From an uncultured Prevotellaceae bacterium (lineage in GTDB: Bacteria > Bacteroidota > Bacteroidia > Bacteroidales > Bacteroidaceae), in contig CAMKSZ010000001.1 of NCBI GenBank assembly GCA_946415525.1, positions 1 to 45,220 on the forward strand: DNA of 45,220 nucleotides. The letters run 5' to 3'. Made by a program: the position numbers and the translations under genes. Shown piece by piece: positions 29,205 through 38,881 of this stretch; position 1 is the stretch's first letter; each line of letters starts with the position of its first letter. The notes below the pieces were generated by a model. That model was not told the DNA's origin. It did not search any database and saw nothing but the letters and a program-made list of their open reading frames with translations.

Positions 29205-29987
29205 ATGATAAAAATCAGCAACCTGCTCAAAACATTCGGCGAGAAAGTCGCCGTCGATATCTCCTCCTACGAGATAGGAACTGGTGAATTAATAGGTCTG
29301 GTAGGCAACAACGGTGCCGGCAAGACCACATTGTTCCGCTTGATGCTCGACCTGCTGAAAGCCGACAACGGGCATGTGGAATACGACTTTGGCGACAATG
29401 AGACCATCGACCCATCGACCAGCGAAGACTGGAAGCCCCGCATTGGTGCCTATATCGACGAGGGATTCCTCATCGACTTCCTCACCCCGGAGGAATACTT
29501 CCATTTCATCGGCAAGGTGAGCGGCATCAGCGAAGCAGAAATCGACAATCGGTTGACGACCTACGAGCGCTTGATGGCAGGCGAGATCATGGGACAGAAA
29601 AAACTCATCCGCGACCTCAGTGCCGGCAACAAGCACAAGGTAGGCATCATCTCGGCACTCATCAAGCACCCCGACTTAGTGATTCTCGACGAGCCTTTCA
29701 ACTTCCTCGACCCATCGAGCCAAAACATTTTGAAGCATACGCTGACGGAATACAGCAAGGCCACCGGCGCCTCCATCATCATCAGTAGCCACAACCTTGC
29801 CCACACCATCGACATCAGCAGCCGCATCACGCTGATGGAACATGGTCACATCATCAAGGACTTGGCCAACACCGACCATAGCGCTACGGCAGAGTTGGAA
29901 GCCTATTTCAACGTCGAGGAGGAAGAGGTGAAAGAAACCACGACAACAATTGAGCCTAACGAGGAAAAAACCGACGACGCTCAATAG
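29205..29987 (+). CDS. ABC transporter ATP-binding protein
   Basis: Walker A GNNGAGKTT, signature LSAGN, Walker B ILDEP, H-loop SSH. Confidence 0.93.
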   Translation: MIKISNLLKTFGEKVAVDISSYEIGTGELIGLVGNNGAGKTTLFRLMLDLLKADNGHVEYDFGDNETIDPSTSEDWKPRIGAYIDEGFLIDFLTPEEYFHFIGKVSGISEAEIDNRLTTYERLMAGEIMGQKKLIRDLSAGNKHKVGIISALIKHPDLVILDEPFNFLDPSSQNILKHTLTEYSKATGASIIISSHNLAHTIDISSRITLMEHGHIIKDLANTDHSATAELEAYFNVEEEEVKETTTTIEPNEEKTDDAQ

Positions 29988-30040
29988 GTAGGAATCGGCG
30001 AAACGGTGGTTCCCCATCCCCATTTCAAGGTATTTATATT

Positions 30041-30080
30041 AAAAAAGGTGGAAGTCCATGTTATGGAAGCCACCTTTTTT
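30041..30080. terminator. Inverted repeat (bidirectional terminator-like) overlapping the feoB promoter
   Basis: AAAAAAGGTGG...TCCAT-GTT-ATGGA...CCACCTTTTTT. Confidence 0.55.
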
Positions 30081-30083
30081 ATA

Positions 30084-30091
30084 TATATTTG
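30084..30091 (+). promoter_or_regulatory. feoB -7 element TATATTTG
   Basis: TAnnTTTG match 20 nt upstream of the ATG at 30112. Confidence 0.6.
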
Positions 30092-30111
30092 CATGCAAAA
30101 ACCAACATGAC

Positions 30112-32643
30112 ATGACATTATCTGAACTCAAGACAGGTGAGAAAGGCGTGATAGTGAAAGTGCTCGGCCACGGCAGTTTCCGTAAGCGCATCGTGGAAAT
30201 GGGCTTCATCAAGGGCACGGTGGTGGAAGTGCTGCTCAACGCCCCCCTTCAAGACCCTGTGAAATACAAACTCATGGGCTATGAGGTGTCGCTGCGCCAC
30301 GACGAAGCCAACATGGTGGAAATCATCACCGAGGCCGAGGCGCAAGAACAATCGAGAGCCAACCGCCCCCTCGACCAACAGGGCACGATAGTAGAAGAAG
30401 ACGAGACACCCCTCACCGACCGTCAGTTGCGCGACGCTGCCATGAAGCGCCGCCGCACCATCAATGTCGCCTTGGTGGGCAACCCCAACTGCGGAAAGAC
30501 CTCTTTGTTCAACTTCGCGTCCGGTGCCCACGAACGAGTAGGCAACTATTCCGGCGTCACCGTCGATGCCAAGGAAGGCCATGCCAGTTTTGAGGGCTAT
30601 GAGTTCAACATCGTCGATCTTCCCGGCACCTACTCCCTCTCCGCCTACAGTCCCGAGGAGTTGTATGTCCGCCGTCAAATCGTGGAAAAGACCCCAGACG
30701 TGGTCATCAACGTCATCGATGCCAGCAACCTGGAGCGCAACCTCTACCTGACCACCCAACTCATTGACATGAACCTTCGCATGGTGTGTGCGCTGAACAT
30801 GTACGACGAGACAGAGCGGCGCGGCGACCGCATCGACCAACAGAAACTCGGCCAGTTGTTTGGCGTCCCCATGATTCCCACTGTGTTCAAGACCGGCCGA
30901 GGCGTCGATTTGCTGTTCCATATCATCATCAACATATACGAAGGCAACGACTTCCTCGACAAAGACGGCAATATCAACCCGCAAGTGGCAGCCGAGATAG
31001 CCGAATGGCACAAGGACTACGAAAACCACCACGGCGGCGACCACTCCGACGACTACGCCCACGGTCCACGGCCCAACAAGACCGTCTATCGCCACATCCA
31101 CATCAACCACGGCCAATATGTCGAGGCCGGCATTGAGAAGGTGAAGGCAGAACTGAAGAAAGAAGAGAAGGCCAAGTTGCACTACTCCACCCGCTACCTC
31201 GCCATCAAATTGTTGGAAAAAGACAAGGATGCCGAGCGCTTTGTCCGCGAGTTGCCTTCAGGCAAGCACATCCTCTCGGTGCGCGACCAAGCCGCCGCCC
31301 AAATCAAGGAAGACACGCGTGAAGACAGCGAAACCGCCGTGATGGATGCCAAATACGGTTTCATCAATGGCGCCCTGCAAGAAGCCAAATACCGTGAAGG
31401 CAGCAACGAAGACGTCTATCGTCTCACCCACATCCTCGACAAGGTGATTACCCACCGTTGGGCAGGGTTCCCCATCTTCATCCTTCTGCTCTATTTGATG
31501 TTCCAGACCACCTTTTCACTCGGGCAATACCCGATGGACTGGATTGACGCCGGCTTTAGCAGTTTGGGCGATTGGATTGGCAGCACATTGCCAGACGGTC
31601 CGCTGCGCGACATGCTCGTCGATGGCGTAATCGGCGGCGTTGGCGCAGTGATCGTCTTCCTCCCCCAGATTCTCATCCTTTATGCCTTCATCTCGTTCAT
31701 GGAAGACTCCGGCTACATGGCCCGTGCCGCCTTCATCATGGACAAGTTGATGCACAACATGGGGCTGCATGGCAAGTCGTTCATCCCCCTCATCATGGGT
31801 TTCGGTTGCAACGTGCCCGCCGTGATGGCCACCCGCACGATAGAGAGCCGCAAGTCACGTCTTCTCACCATGCTCATCCTGCCTTTCATCAGTTGTTCTG
31901 CCCGCCTACCCATCTACATCATGATTATCGGCGCATTCTTCGCCGAACGCTATCAGTCAGCCGTGATGATCTCGCTTTATGTCGTTGGTATCATCGTCGC
32001 CATTATCATCAGCAGGATTTTCAGCCGTTATGTGGTGAAAGGCGAAGACACCCCCTTCGTCATGGAGTTGCCCCCCTACCGCATCCCCACCGGCAAGGCA
32101 ATGCTCCGACATACGTGGGAGAAAGGCAAGCAATACCTCAAGAAGATGGGCGGCATCATCCTCGTGGCCAGCATCATCGTTTGGGCATTGGGTTATTTCC
32201 CCCACAATAGTGAATTATCGCGCCAAGAACAACAGGAGCAGAGTTACATCGGACACATCGGCAAGGCGATAGAGCCTGCTTTCCGTCCTCAAGGATTCAC
32301 ATGGAAACTCGATGTCGGTCTGATTGCCGGTGTAGGTGCCAAGGAGATTGTCGCCTCCACCATGGGCGTGCTCTACACCGGCGATGACGAAGTCGCCGAC
32401 GACAGCAGCGACGAGAGTGCCAGCCACTATCCTGTGCTTCACGAAAAAATGGCCGCCGAAGGCATCACACCCCTCGCCGCCTATTGTTTCCTCTTGTTCG
32501 TGCTGCTCTATTTCCCCTGCATCGCCACCATTGCCGCCATCAAGAACGAGACGGGCAGTTGGCGGTGGGCCATCTTCGCCGCCTGCTACACCACGGCTGT
32601 CGCCTGGGTGGTATCGGCTGTGGTCTATCAGGTGTTTAAGTGA
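30112..32643 (+). CDS. feoB: Ferrous iron transporter B with fused N-terminal FeoA domain
   Basis: FeoA-like MTLSELKTGEKG...APLQDP; G-motifs GNPNCGKT, VGNYSGVTV, DLPG, NMYD; FGCNVP, SCSARLP, YFPCIAT. Confidence 0.95.
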   Translation: MTLSELKTGEKGVIVKVLGHGSFRKRIVEMGFIKGTVVEVLLNAPLQDPVKYKLMGYEVSLRHDEANMVEIITEAEAQEQSRANRPLDQQGTIVEEDETPLTDRQLRDAAMKRRRTINVALVGNPNCGKTSLFNFASGAHERVGNYSGVTVDAKEGHASFEGYEFNIVDLPGTYSLSAYSPEELYVRRQIVEKTPDVVINVIDASNLERNLYLTTQLIDMNLRMVCALNMYDETERRGDRIDQQKLGQLFGVPMIPTVFKTGRGVDLLFHIIINIYEGNDFLDKDGNINPQVAAEIAEWHKDYENHHGGDHSDDYAHGPRPNKTVYRHIHINHGQYVEAGIEKVKAELKKEEKAKLHYSTRYLAIKLLEKDKDAERFVRELPSGKHILSVRDQAAAQIKEDTREDSETAVMDAKYGFINGALQEAKYREGSNEDVYRLTHILDKVITHRWAGFPIFILLLYLMFQTTFSLGQYPMDWIDAGFSSLGDWIGSTLPDGPLRDMLVDGVIGGVGAVIVFLPQILILYAFISFMEDSGYMARAAFIMDKLMHNMGLHGKSFIPLIMGFGCNVPAVMATRTIESRKSRLLTMLILPFISCSARLPIYIMIIGAFFAERYQSAVMISLYVVGIIVAIIISRIFSRYVVKGEDTPFVMELPPYRIPTGKAMLRHTWEKGKQYLKKMGGIILVASIIVWALGYFPHNSELSRQEQQEQSYIGHIGKAIEPAFRPQGFTWKLDVGLIAGVGAKEIVASTMGVLYTGDDEVADDSSDESASHYPVLHEKMAAEGITPLAAYCFLLFVLLYFPCIATIAAIKNETGSWRWAIFAACYTTAVAWVVSAVVYQVFK

Positions 32644-32670
32644 TGCATGGAAGGAAGGATTTTTATTTAT

Positions 32671-32701
32671 GGAGGCACCACGATATGGCGCCTCCTTTTT
32701 T
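32671..32701 (+). terminator. feoB intrinsic terminator
   Basis: GGAGGCACCA-CGATA-TGGCGCCTCC followed by TTTTTT. Confidence 0.75.
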
Positions 32702-32716
32702 GGGGGGGTGGATTTG

Positions 32717-32737
32717 TGTCGCGTTGGCAACGCGACA
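32717..32737. promoter_or_regulatory. Perfect palindrome, candidate operator
   Basis: TGTCGCGTTG-G-CAACGCGACA, about 40 bp upstream of the -33 element of the GH106 promoter. Confidence 0.4.
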
Positions 32738-32777
32738 TACGGAACAAGACGCGGACGGAAGGAAATGCTAAAATAAA

Positions 32778-32809
32778 TTTGGCAGTCCGCTCGCTTATTA
32801 GTAACTTTG
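32778..32809 (+). promoter_or_regulatory. GH106-GH2 promoter (TTTG-N20-TAACTTTG)
   Basis: Exact consensus match. Confidence 0.75.
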
Positions 32810-32901
32810 CCACGTGATGGCGGGAAACTGCCATTGAAATGATCATTCTACTTGTGAGAATGCACATCTTTACCTTAGAGAACTACTTAAAACAATCGGA
32901 T

Positions 32902-35553
32902 ATGAAGAAAATACACCTGTGCATGATTTTTGCGATGGCAGCAATCAGCGCCAGCGCACAACCCACCTGGCCCACTGTGACCCCTGAGTGCAAGGCCGGC
33001 CTGCGATGGTGGTGGCCCGGTTCCGCTGTCGATGACAAGAATATCGAGTGGAACCTGCACCAATATGCCGAAGCCGGTGCCGGTTCGGTGGAAATCACCC
33101 CCATCTATGGGGTGCAAGGCAATGCCGCCAACGCCATCCCCTTTCTCTCACCCGAATGGATGTCCGCGCTTCGGAAAGTGGAAAGCGTAGGACAAAAGGA
33201 AGGCGTCCTCGTGGACATGAACACCGGTACCGGATGGCCCTTCGGCGGTCCCACCGTACCTATAGAGGAAGCCGCCTGCAAAGTGCTATTCGTGGTCGAC
33301 ACCGTCACTATCGTCAAGCCCACCGACCAGGCATTGCAAGTAGATATCAGCATCAAGAACGAGAAAGAGCGCCCATTCGCCAAATTAGGCCATGTGATGG
33401 TCTATCCCATCGACGTGAAATCATACAAAGGTCGCTGCCTCGACCTCACCAGCCACGCCAGCGACGGTCAACTTGAGATGCTCCGCCTCCCCGGCACCTG
33501 GCTCGTGGTCGCCCAATACGTCAGTCGCACCCGCCAGCAAGTGAAGCGCGCCGCCCCTGGCGGCGCCGGCTATGTGGTTGACCATTTCGACAAGACGGCG
33601 ATGAAGCACTACCTCGAACGTTTCGACCAAGCCTTTGCCAACAGCGGTGTCGCCTGGCCCCACAATTTCTTCAACGACTCCTACGAGGTGTACAACGCCA
33701 ACTGGACCCCCACGCTTCTTGACGAGTTCAAGGCCCGTCGCGGCTATGCCTTGGAAGAGCACTTCCCCGCCCTTCTCGGCATCGACCTGCCCGGCAACGC
33801 CCCCGACAAGGACGTGCTCTCCGACTACCGCGAGACGCTAAGTGACATGCTGCTTGAGAACTTCTCCCAACTTTGGACCGCCTGGGCCCACTCCCACGGT
33901 TCGCTCACCCGCAACCAAGCCCACGGATCCCCCGCCAGTCTCATCGATGTCTATGCCTCCGTCGATGTGCCCGAAATCGAAGGATTCGGCCTTTCCGAAT
34001 TCAATATCCGCGGACTTCGCAAGGATCCCGGTTTCACCCGTCCCAACTTCAGCGACGTATCGATGTTGAAATACGCCTCTTCCGCCGCCCACATCACCGG
34101 CAAGCCCTTGGTGAGCAGCGAAACCTTCACCTGGTTGACAGAGCATTTCCGCACCTCACTCTCACAGATGAAGCCCGACCTCGACCTGATGTTCACCTGT
34201 GGTGTCAACCACATGTTCTTCCACGGCACCTGCTACAGTCCCCAAGAAGCCCGCTGGCCCGGTTGGCGCTTCTATGCCAGCATCGACATGAGTCCCAACA
34301 ACAGCATCTGGCGCGACGCCCCCTCCTTGATGAAATACATCGAACGCTGCCAGAGTTTCCTGCAAATGGGCCGTCCCGACAACGACTTCTTGGTGCTCGT
34401 CCCTCTGCGCGACATGTGGGCGAAACGCCACGGCAAGGGCGAAGGCAGTCTGCTGATGGCCTTCGACATTCACAAGATGGACGAGAAAGCCCCCGAGTTC
34501 ATCCGCAGCATCCTTGAAATCGACAGTCTCGGTTTCGACTGCGACTACATCAGCGAGCGCATCCTGCTCACCACCACCTATAAAAACGGCAAGTTGGAAA
34601 CAGCAGCCGGCACCCGCTACAACGGACTGCTCATCCCCGGCAGTGGCCGCATGCCCGCCGAGTTGAAAGCCCACCTCGACCAGTTACAAGCCCAAGGTGC
34701 CCACATCATCTACGGCATTGACGAAGCCCGTATGTTGAAAGCCGCCACTCCCGAAGCCATGCGCGTGAAACATGGTCTCCGCGCCATCCGTCGCACGAAT
34801 GCCACCGGCCACCACTACTTCATCGCCAACCTCACAGGCGAAGACAAGGCCGCCTGGATGCCCTTGGCCGTCGGTATGCAAGACGCCGTCTGGTTCGACC
34901 CCCTCACCGGCAACATCACCCACGCCGAAATCGATGGTCAGAAAGTGTACATCGACCTCCGCTCCGGCGAGTCACGCATCCTGCAAACCTACGACAGCAA
35001 ATTGCCCAACAGCACGCCTCTCCCCATGAGCAGCCACGGACAAGCCATTGCCGAACGAATCGACCTCGGTCAGCAACCCTGGCAACTCACCTTCACCGAC
35101 GACACCCCCCGCGTGAACCGCACCTTTGCCCTTGACCACCTACAGACATGGGAACAACTCAGCGACACCGCCGGCATCATGATGGGCACCGGCGTTTACA
35201 CCACCACCGTGAAAATGGACAAGCAGCAAGCCAAGCGCAATTGGGCCATCGACCTCGGTGACGTTCGCGAGAGCGCCCGCGTCTATGTCAACGGCCAATA
35301 TGTAGGTTGCGCTTGGAGTGTCCCCTTCACGCTGGAGATGGGCAACTGTTTCCACAAAGGAAAGAACGAAGTCCGCATCGAGGTCACCAACCTTCCCGCC
35401 AACCGCATCGCCGACCTTGACCGACGTGGTGAGAAATGGCGCATCATGGAAGAAATCAACGTTGTGGACCTGAACTACAAGAAGACCACCTACGAGGGAT
35501 GGAGCCTCGTGCCAAGCGGTCTGAACTCCACCGTCACACTGATAGGAAAATAA
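32902..35553 (+). CDS. GH106 alpha-L-rhamnosidase-like glycoside hydrolase
   Basis: Signal peptide from MKKIH (32902); RWWWPGS, GTGWPFGGP, FNDSYE, RNQAHG, SSETFTW, GVNHMFFHG. Confidence 0.8.
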   Translation: MKKIHLCMIFAMAAISASAQPTWPTVTPECKAGLRWWWPGSAVDDKNIEWNLHQYAEAGAGSVEITPIYGVQGNAANAIPFLSPEWMSALRKVESVGQKEGVLVDMNTGTGWPFGGPTVPIEEAACKVLFVVDTVTIVKPTDQALQVDISIKNEKERPFAKLGHVMVYPIDVKSYKGRCLDLTSHASDGQLEMLRLPGTWLVVAQYVSRTRQQVKRAAPGGAGYVVDHFDKTAMKHYLERFDQAFANSGVAWPHNFFNDSYEVYNANWTPTLLDEFKARRGYALEEHFPALLGIDLPGNAPDKDVLSDYRETLSDMLLENFSQLWTAWAHSHGSLTRNQAHGSPASLIDVYASVDVPEIEGFGLSEFNIRGLRKDPGFTRPNFSDVSMLKYASSAAHITGKPLVSSETFTWLTEHFRTSLSQMKPDLDLMFTCGVNHMFFHGTCYSPQEARWPGWRFYASIDMSPNNSIWRDAPSLMKYIERCQSFLQMGRPDNDFLVLVPLRDMWAKRHGKGEGSLLMAFDIHKMDEKAPEFIRSILEIDSLGFDCDYISERILLTTTYKNGKLETAAGTRYNGLLIPGSGRMPAELKAHLDQLQAQGAHIIYGIDEARMLKAATPEAMRVKHGLRAIRRTNATGHHYFIANLTGEDKAAWMPLAVGMQDAVWFDPLTGNITHAEIDGQKVYIDLRSGESRILQTYDSKLPNSTPLPMSSHGQAIAERIDLGQQPWQLTFTDDTPRVNRTFALDHLQTWEQLSDTAGIMMGTGVYTTTVKMDKQQAKRNWAIDLGDVRESARVYVNGQYVGCAWSVPFTLEMGNCFHKGKNEVRIEVTNLPANRIADLDRRGEKWRIMEEINVVDLNYKKTTYEGWSLVPSGLNSTVTLIGK

Positions 35554-35572
35554 ACTACATATCACAACAGAC

Positions 35573-38002
35573 ATGAGAACAAGAGCGACTTTGGCCACGC
35601 TTATGGTGGCCCTCTACCTTTTTGGCGGCACCCCGTCAAGAGAGACTGTCAACCTGAATTTCGGCTGGAAGTTCCATGCCGGCGACCTTGTGTCAGTCCC
35701 CACCCCGCAAAACGCCGGCACCCTCACCGCCGACTGGCGCACCGTGGACCTGCCCCATGACTTTCAAATCGAACAACCCTGGGTAGCCCCCGGTGACGAC
35801 GAGAAAGGCGACAACAGCGACCAAGCCAGCAACTTCAAGAGCCGTTTGAGCGCCCGCGGTTTCAAGGAGATGGGCATCGGCTGGTATGTGAAGACCCTCA
35901 CCCCCGACGAGAGTTGGAAGCAACGCCGCGTGGTCCTTGACTTCCAAGGCATCATGTATGTTGGCGACGTCTATCTCAACGGGCAACGAGTGGGCGGCAC
36001 CGACTATGGCTATGTCGGTTTCGAAATCGACCTCAGCAACAAGTTGCGCTACGGCGAAGAGAACGTCATTGCCGTGAAAGCCAACACCCAAGAGCCCCTC
36101 AACTCCCGTTGGTACACCGGCGGCGGCCTGTTTCGCGACGTCACCCTTTTCGTCACCGACCGCAGCCTCTACCTCCCTCGCCACCCCCTCTATATCACCA
36201 CCCCGCAAGTGAGCGAGCGCGAGGCAACCGTGTCGATACAATCCGAGATAGCCTGCCAACTGCGAACCGAGCACCTGAAGGTACGCGCCATCGTGACCGA
36301 CCGCGACGGCCAGACAGTAGCCGACCATACCACCGACATCGCTTGGAACAGGAAGATGAAAGTCTATGAATATCCCCTTGACGACCTCCATCTCCCCAAT
36401 CCCCACCTATGGAGTTGCGAAGACCCCTACCTCTACCACCTCACCATCCAGTTGCAAAACGCCGACGGCCAGACCGCCGACGAGGTCAGCACACGTTTCG
36501 GTGTACGCACCATCTCGTTCTCACCCGAATACGGTTTCAAACTCAACGGCAAGAAAGTGATACTGAAAGGCATTGCCAACCACCACAGTCTTGGCGCATT
36601 AGGTTCCGCCGCCTATCCCCGCGCCATCGAGAAGCGTCTGAAAATGCTGAAGGAATGGGGATTCAACCATGTACGCACGTCACACAACCCCTATAGCGAA
36701 GACTTCCTCAACCTCTGCGACGAAAACGGCATCCTTGTGGTCGATGAACTATATGACAAATGGCTGACCCAATTCACCGGCGGCCGTCGCGAATGGACAG
36801 AACTTTGGCAGCAAGACGTACCCGAATTCATCAAACGCGACCGCAACCATCCCTCCGTGGTTCTTTGGAGTTTAGGCAACGAATTGCAGACCTATGCCAA
36901 CCTTCCCTACAACGACTGGGGCGTGACCGCCTACAAATTGCAGCGCGAACTGCTCCACCGCTATGACACCACCCGTCTCGTGACGGTGGCGATGCACCCC
37001 CGCGGGCGCAATTTGGAAACCGACTCACTGCCCGCTCCCCTCGCCTTGGAGACCGACATTGCCGCCTACAACTACCGTTACATGTATTTCCCCGGCGACG
37101 GTCGCCGCTTCCCCTGGATGATTTTCTACCAAAGCGAAGCCAACCTTCCGATGATGGGTCCCAACTACTACGAGATGAACCTCGACAAGGTGGTAGGTTT
37201 GGCCTATTGGGGCATGATTGACTATTTGGGCGAATCTCGCGGCTGGCCAGCGAAAGGATGGAGCGACGGTGTGTTCGACATCACCCTTGAGCCCAAGCCG
37301 ATGGCCCATTTCCTGCGTAGCGTATTCAAGGAAGACGAACCCATCGTCCATCTGAGCATTGTTGACGACATCGCCGACAACACCGAATGGAACGGCATCA
37401 AGTTTGGCGGCGAGCGCTACAGCGACCATTGGAACCGCCGTCCCGGCAGCCAACTCACCGTCTATGCCTACAGCAATGCCGACGAAGTGGAACTATTCGT
37501 CAATGGTAAGAGCCTTGGCAAACGCAGCAACACGAAAGACCCCAAGAACCGCAACAAGATGAGATGGGACAAAGTGGAATACGCCGACGGGTATGCCGAG
37601 GCCGTTGCCTGGAAGGGTGGCAAGGTGGTAGCCCGCCACCGAGTGGAGACCACCGGCAAAGCCAAGAAACTCTCCTTGCAAGCCGACCCCATCACATGGA
37701 AAGCCGACGGCACCGACCTGATGCATGTACGCGTGCATGCCGTCGATAGCAAGGGACGTCGCGCCTATGGCGCCCAAGACGAACTATCGTTTGAAGTCAG
37801 CGGCGACGCCCGTATCGTGGCAGTCAGCAATGGCGACATGCAGTCGGACGAACTCAACGCCGTGACGACCCGCAGCCTCTACAACGGCAGTGCCTTGGTC
37901 ATCATCCGCGCCGGCAAGACAGCAGGCGATGTCATCCTTACCGCCAAGTCCACGAGCGGTCAACTCAAGGGAGCGCAGTTGAAACTTCGCACCGTGGAAT
38001 GA
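35573..38002 (+). CDS. GH2 beta-galactosidase-like glycoside hydrolase
   Basis: SRWYTGGGLFRDV, RTSHNP, RDRNHPSVVLWSLGNE (acid/base), YQSE (nucleophile). Confidence 0.9.
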   Translation: MRTRATLATLMVALYLFGGTPSRETVNLNFGWKFHAGDLVSVPTPQNAGTLTADWRTVDLPHDFQIEQPWVAPGDDEKGDNSDQASNFKSRLSARGFKEMGIGWYVKTLTPDESWKQRRVVLDFQGIMYVGDVYLNGQRVGGTDYGYVGFEIDLSNKLRYGEENVIAVKANTQEPLNSRWYTGGGLFRDVTLFVTDRSLYLPRHPLYITTPQVSEREATVSIQSEIACQLRTEHLKVRAIVTDRDGQTVADHTTDIAWNRKMKVYEYPLDDLHLPNPHLWSCEDPYLYHLTIQLQNADGQTADEVSTRFGVRTISFSPEYGFKLNGKKVILKGIANHHSLGALGSAAYPRAIEKRLKMLKEWGFNHVRTSHNPYSEDFLNLCDENGILVVDELYDKWLTQFTGGRREWTELWQQDVPEFIKRDRNHPSVVLWSLGNELQTYANLPYNDWGVTAYKLQRELLHRYDTTRLVTVAMHPRGRNLETDSLPAPLALETDIAAYNYRYMYFPGDGRRFPWMIFYQSEANLPMMGPNYYEMNLDKVVGLAYWGMIDYLGESRGWPAKGWSDGVFDITLEPKPMAHFLRSVFKEDEPIVHLSIVDDIADNTEWNGIKFGGERYSDHWNRRPGSQLTVYAYSNADEVELFVNGKSLGKRSNTKDPKNRNKMRWDKVEYADGYAEAVAWKGGKVVARHRVETTGKAKKLSLQADPITWKADGTDLMHVRVHAVDSKGRRAYGAQDELSFEVSGDARIVAVSNGDMQSDELNAVTTRSLYNGSALVIIRAGKTAGDVILTAKSTSGQLKGAQLKLRTVE

Positions 38003-38017
38003 CACCCCCACCAATGC

Positions 38018-38054
38018 ATCGCCCAGGTCATCGGCAAACGATGGCCTGGGCGAT
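38018..38054. terminator. Long hairpin between the convergent GH2 and sigma genes
   Basis: ATCGCCCAGGTCATCG-GCAAA-CGATGGCCTGGGCGAT, a 16-bp stem with one U-G pair. Confidence 0.65.
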
Positions 38055-38080
38055 ATCATTTTCCTATAAGACAAATCTTT

Positions 38081-38782
38081 TTATTGTTTTACCTTGCGCA
38101 ACTTTCGCAAAGCCTTGTCGCGAATTTGGCGCACCCTCTCACGGCGCAGTTCCATCACATCCCCCACCTCCGCCATGGTATGGCGGTCGGTACCGATGCC
38201 GAAGATAAGAGCAATCACCTGACGCTCACGCTCGTCGAGAATATTGAGCACACGTTTCAAGTGCTCCTCTGACGTCTCCTTGACAAAGGCACTGTCGGCA
38301 TAAGGAGCATCCACGTTCTCTAAAAGATTCAGCAAATTGAAATTGTTTTTGCTGCCCGCCGGAATAGGCGCATCGACAGAAACAGGATGGCTGCGCCTCA
38401 TCTCCGACGCCGACACCTCTTTGCGCGGCACCTTGTAGAGTCCGGAATGCTGTTCGACAAACCTCTCCATGGCATCGCGCACGATGGGTGCAGCAAACTT
38501 GACGAAACGCTTGCCCGGATAGGGACTGAAGCGCGAAGCCGCCTTCAGCAGACCGATATTGCCTTCACTGACAAGGTCGTCGTAGTCAACACCCTGTCCT
38601 CTGTATGAATTGGCCAAGGAGAGGACAAACCGGAGATTTGCCTCCACCAATTCACCCACCGCCTGCTGGTCGCCTTTTTGTATGCGCGACGCCAGTTCCC
38701 GTTCCTGCTCATCCGTCAGCAACGCCTTGTCGCCGATTTCATCCACATAGGCCGCCATGGCCTTTCTGCGCTCATTTGCCAT
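38081..38782 (-). CDS. RpoD/SigA-family sigma factor paralog (shortened)
   Basis: Region 1.2 'YVDEIG...LLTDEQERELA', region 2 'LVEANLRFV...DLVSEGNIGLLKAA', region 4 'LRRERVRQIRDKALRKL'. Start uncertain (MANERR assumed). Confidence 0.88.
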   Translation of the reverse strand: MANERRKAMAAYVDEIGDKALLTDEQERELASRIQKGDQQAVGELVEANLRFVLSLANSYRGQGVDYDDLVSEGNIGLLKAASRFSPYPGKRFVKFAAPIVRDAMERFVEQHSGLYKVPRKEVSASEMRRSHPVSVDAPIPAGSKNNFNLLNLLENVDAPYADSAFVKETSEEHLKRVLNILDERERQVIALIFGIGTDRHTMAEVGDVMELRRERVRQIRDKALRKLRKVKQ

Positions 38783-38820
38783 AATTATCAAGATTTGTCA
38801 AACATTTCGTTTTTCGTTTG

Positions 38821-38828
38821 CAAACTTA
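38821..38828 (-). promoter_or_regulatory. -7 element TAAGTTTG for the sigma gene
   Basis: TAnnTTTG match about 40 nt upstream of the start. Confidence 0.5.
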
Positions 38829-38881
38829 CATAAAATTATCGACAAATCACACTTGCAAGACCCGTTTTTTTACGTCCATCC

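Noticed and set aside
30041-30080. Invertible (phase-variable) promoter
   Set aside because: The repeats enclose only 18 bp, the -7 element lies outside them, and there is no recombinase in the window.
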